Shown here: positions 60,825-64,000 of the stretch, piece after piece
How positions within the stretch are numbered: the first letter of the stretch is position 1
Layout of the letters: each line of letters opens with the position of its first letter
Source of the DNA: Macrostomum lignano
Taxonomy: Eukaryota
Length of the DNA: 64,000 nucleotides
Direction of reading: 5' to 3'
NCBI GenBank assembly: GCA_002269645.1
Contig: NIVC01002865.1
Span: 70,194 to 134,193, forward strand
Made by a program: the position numbers and the translations under genes
The notes under the pieces: generated by a model
What the model saw: only the letters and a program-made list of their open reading frames with translations
Told to the model about the DNA's origin: nothing
The model's database searches: none

Positions 60825-62059
60825 ACTGAATTTGCAACTTCACTTGAGAGAAAGATACATGTAGATGGATAGATACTACTTCTAGAACTTGTGGCCAGTA
60901 GTGCAACCACAAAATGTTCTATTTGTTGTGCATGGATTCTGAGCAGTTAAATTATATCTCTCAGAATTCTCTTTTTAACAAAAAAAATCGACGCCTTTGC
61001 TCCATAAACAGCCCGTTAAACAAACCTATCAAATAATTTTAAACAGGCCCTACTATAAGCATGTGCATGCGCATATAAACTTACCATTGATTATAAAACG
61101 TCATTAAACAGTCATTTACACAGGCGAAAAAAGATAAACAGTTCGAAACAAAAAACCGAATTTTTCTTCAAAACATTTTTAGCTAAATTTTCTTACTAGA
61201 AAAATATATCTATGCATATTTTTATTACTATTTTGATTGTCGCTGTCGATATTCTTTTTCTCTACTAACAGTAGTCTATCGCAGAATAAATTTGTCGCCA
61301 ACTTGCCATAAAATTTACCCTACACAAATGCTGTCTGAATTTATCCCCAGTAAAACTCTGCCGAAACTCAAACTGCACTCTGAAGCCAGAATTTCTGTCT
61401 CTTTTCTATTTGTCGCATGTTCAGCTCGATTACATAATTAATTCTTTTAAATCTGCTAGCGCTTTATGGATATTTGCCTTGTAAGTCGTAAGTCTAGCGA
61501 GCGTAAATGTACTTCATTAGTTAAAACTATAGGTCAGCTTCATTTTCTGCTGCTCGTTGTGAAACTTTGTTTATAAATACAAACAATATTTAGATATCTT
61601 TATTAAAAGTTGCTTTACATATGGGTACTAGAATTTTTCTTGTCGAAGTTTAATTTTCCTTGGGAGAAGTTATACTGTAGTCAGAGTCACCTCGGAAGTA
61701 GTTACCTCTGGAATAAGTCACTTTGGAAAAGTTACAAGTACGAGCTACATGCATCTTGGGATAAACTAGCTAAGGATAATTTAGAAGTCCTATCGCATTA
61801 AGTTTACTGATAAAAAGCATTTATAAATAAACTGCATTCACAGTATACATGATGAATTGTTGGGAATGTGCCACGTACTGGTAGCAACGTAATCGAGGAA
61901 TGAATCTTTTTGATAAATTACAGCGACTATCTGCATGGTAAATGCTAATTAAAATCAGGCAAACATGTGCCAGGAGGACCTAATTTCAAGACCCACCTAC
62001 ATGTACGAGTGTATGTATAGCCATGCTAAAAACTTACTTTTTTCGCTTTTTTTACTCTT

Positions 62060-62165
62060 GGTGGGCGCCCCTGTCTCTTGCGCGGCGCCCCTGTCTCTTG
62101 ATGGGCGCCTCCTGTCTCTTGGTGGGCGCCCTGTCTCTTGGTCGGCGCCCCTGTCTCTTGGTGGC
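62060..62165. repeat. 20-21 bp repeat GTGGGCGCCCCTGTCTCTTG x5
   Basis: Direct reading. Confidence 0.8.
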
Positions 62166-62743
62166 GATTGGGGGCGCGGCCCCCCTAGACACGCTCACTC
62201 TGCCTGCGCCAATGCAGTACTGGGGGTCTAATTGCTTTCTTATGATAAAATCTGATTTCCATGCGTGTAATAAACAAAGCGCAGCGATTTCGAAATGCCT
62301 TTTACAGGTGTGAAAATTAAAATTCGGTTCAATTTTCTTTATTCCATTCTCGGTTTACTTCCCAGCCAGGAGCGATTAAGATAGATAGTTTACGAGCCAA
62401 ATGTGGTGCAAATAAAAGATCGACCAATTCCTGTCCCTCTTGGATGAACATTTGTACCTGGAACTCGTAGGTGTGTAGTTTTCTTTAGAAAATTATCACA
62501 AACAGTGCTTGAGCAGCATTAAGGCACTTAGACGTGTCTTTTCGTGATAGACAGTGAGTGCATATAAAGATAAAACAGCGGCTAACCACCAACAAGCAAT
62601 CTGGCTTACACTCGCATAGATGGGCCCACGTACTACATTGGGTATTTTATATACGTATAAAAAAGATAAGAATTTTATAGAACGGGGTAAAGTATCGTTT
62701 TATGTATAATCGAGTGTTGATTGGTATTAATATTATTATTTCA

Positions 62744-64000
62744 TTACTCATCGATAGCCCCAGTGGTAACCGAGGCCGCGTCTTCTAGACCTCGATCTGC
62801 GTCGACCCCGACGACGTCCGACCTCCTCGTTGTCGACGGCTGCTGTTGCTGGTCGCTGCTGCCGCTTAGTTTGATCTTTGCCGCCCGCGCCGCTGCCGCT
62901 GACGTTGTTGGGAAAATAGTCGAGGAAACGGCTGCCACTCTGTGGGCGCGGTACGGCGGAGGCTGCGGCTGCGGCTGCGGCTGCCGCTGCTGTTGATGAT
63001 GCTGAGATCTCGGTCGTGGATACCCGCCGGAGCCTGAACGACCACTCGCGGGTCGAGCGATCGACTAGAGGAATCGCCGCCGCCGCCGCCGCCGCTACCA
63101 CCGTTTTTGTTGTTGTCGTTGCTGCTCTCCTGGCGCCACTTCTCCAGCAGCTGGCGGGTGTCCTGGTTGATGTCCGGTACCGGTCAGTGAGTCGCTCGGC
63201 CTCCACCGCAGTCGACGGCCGCTCCTCTGCTGCTGCTGTTGTTGACGACGCCGATGGCGCCTCTGCGGCTTGCTGGGAGGATATCCCTCTGTATCGCCGG
63301 CGCCCAGGCTGCTCGCAGGTACATTCGTTCGCGTCGCTCCTCGTTCATCGATCGGCGCCAGCATCACGTACTGTCGTACATGTACAGTCGGCGTCGAAGG
63401 CCACGATGTTTGTGGCTCTTTTCTGACTGCGACGAAGGCGACGCGATTGGTGCTGCTGCTGCTGGTGCTGCTGTTGATGCTTTCCAGTCCCTGCTTCCTT
63501 ATCTTCGTCCCGTTGATCCAGGACGGCTTGGCTGTCAGGTAGGATCTTCTTTGTCCGACGTTCGTTGCCGTCCGAGACGTTGCCACCGTCGTTGTCCAGA
63601 CGACGCGACGGATGACGCTGAAGAGGATGAAGACGAGGACGAGCGCGATTTGAATTGCTGGAGGAGGAGGACGATCGACTGCGCGACCGCTTGGGCGCTT
63701 CAGCTGTTTTGTCCGTCTTTTCGTCTGAAGATTTCCTGTCCTCCTCGTCTTTGTTTCTCTCTTGGCCGCTTTTACGACAGCCTTGCTGTCCGGTGTTCCT
63801 CTGCTTCTGCCTGTTTCTCTTCGTTTTCTTGCTCCTGATTTTCTAACGCCTCGCGTGCAGCTTCCTGTTGCTCTTGCTCTTCCTGCTGCTGCTTTCTTAT
63901 TCTCCTCCTCTTCCTTCTGCTTCTTTTTATTTTCTTTGTCCTGTTGTTTCTCCGCCTTCTTCCGCTCGATTCAGCCGCTTCTAGCTCCTGTTTCTGCTGC
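62744..64000 (-). other. Coding-like low-complexity region (E/K/Q-rich, then S/R-rich) with apparent frameshifts; gene continues beyond the right edge
   Basis: GC-rich, with codon-like triplet runs (CAG, GAG, AGC, CGC). Plausible peptides (QQQEEQEQQEAAREALENQEQ, KRSRSRSSSSSS, SGSRSRSRSRS) fall in different minus-strand frames. No family recognised. Confidence 0.4.

Overview
Animal genomic DNA with spliceosomal GT-AG introns, GC-rich exons and TTAGGG repeats. The repeat-stuffed introns resemble a free-living flatworm (Macrostomum-type) genome, which is an inference. Six spliced protein-coding genes can be assembled by hand: the 3' part of a PAS-domain gene of the ARNT/BMAL/PER type (+), a divergent casein kinase 1 (CK1) family kinase (+), a complete TM9SF2-like gene (+, 9 exons), a bestrophin (-, 4 exons), a TMEM26-like gene (+, 5 exons) and CBF-beta (+, 5 exons). 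There is also one tRNA-His(GUG) and a frameshifted low-complexity coding-like region at the right end. Almost all other long ORFs in the track are read-throughs of tandem repeats. About 30 different tandem arrays are present, and 18 of the 24 introns I could define carry one. The last TM9SF2 intron holds a satellite split by two DNA-transposon insertions. One of these combines a decayed Tc1/IS630-type transposase with an intact antisense 353-aa ORF (SAP domain plus zinc knuckle) resembling a DIRS-type gag. Other points of interest are a bestrophin with a charge-reversed Ca2+ clasp, a CK1 with a non-canonical catalytic loop, several MITE/foldback hairpins and a possible hidden antisense spliced transcript next to CBF-beta. 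All family assignments rest on remembered motifs; no database search was run.
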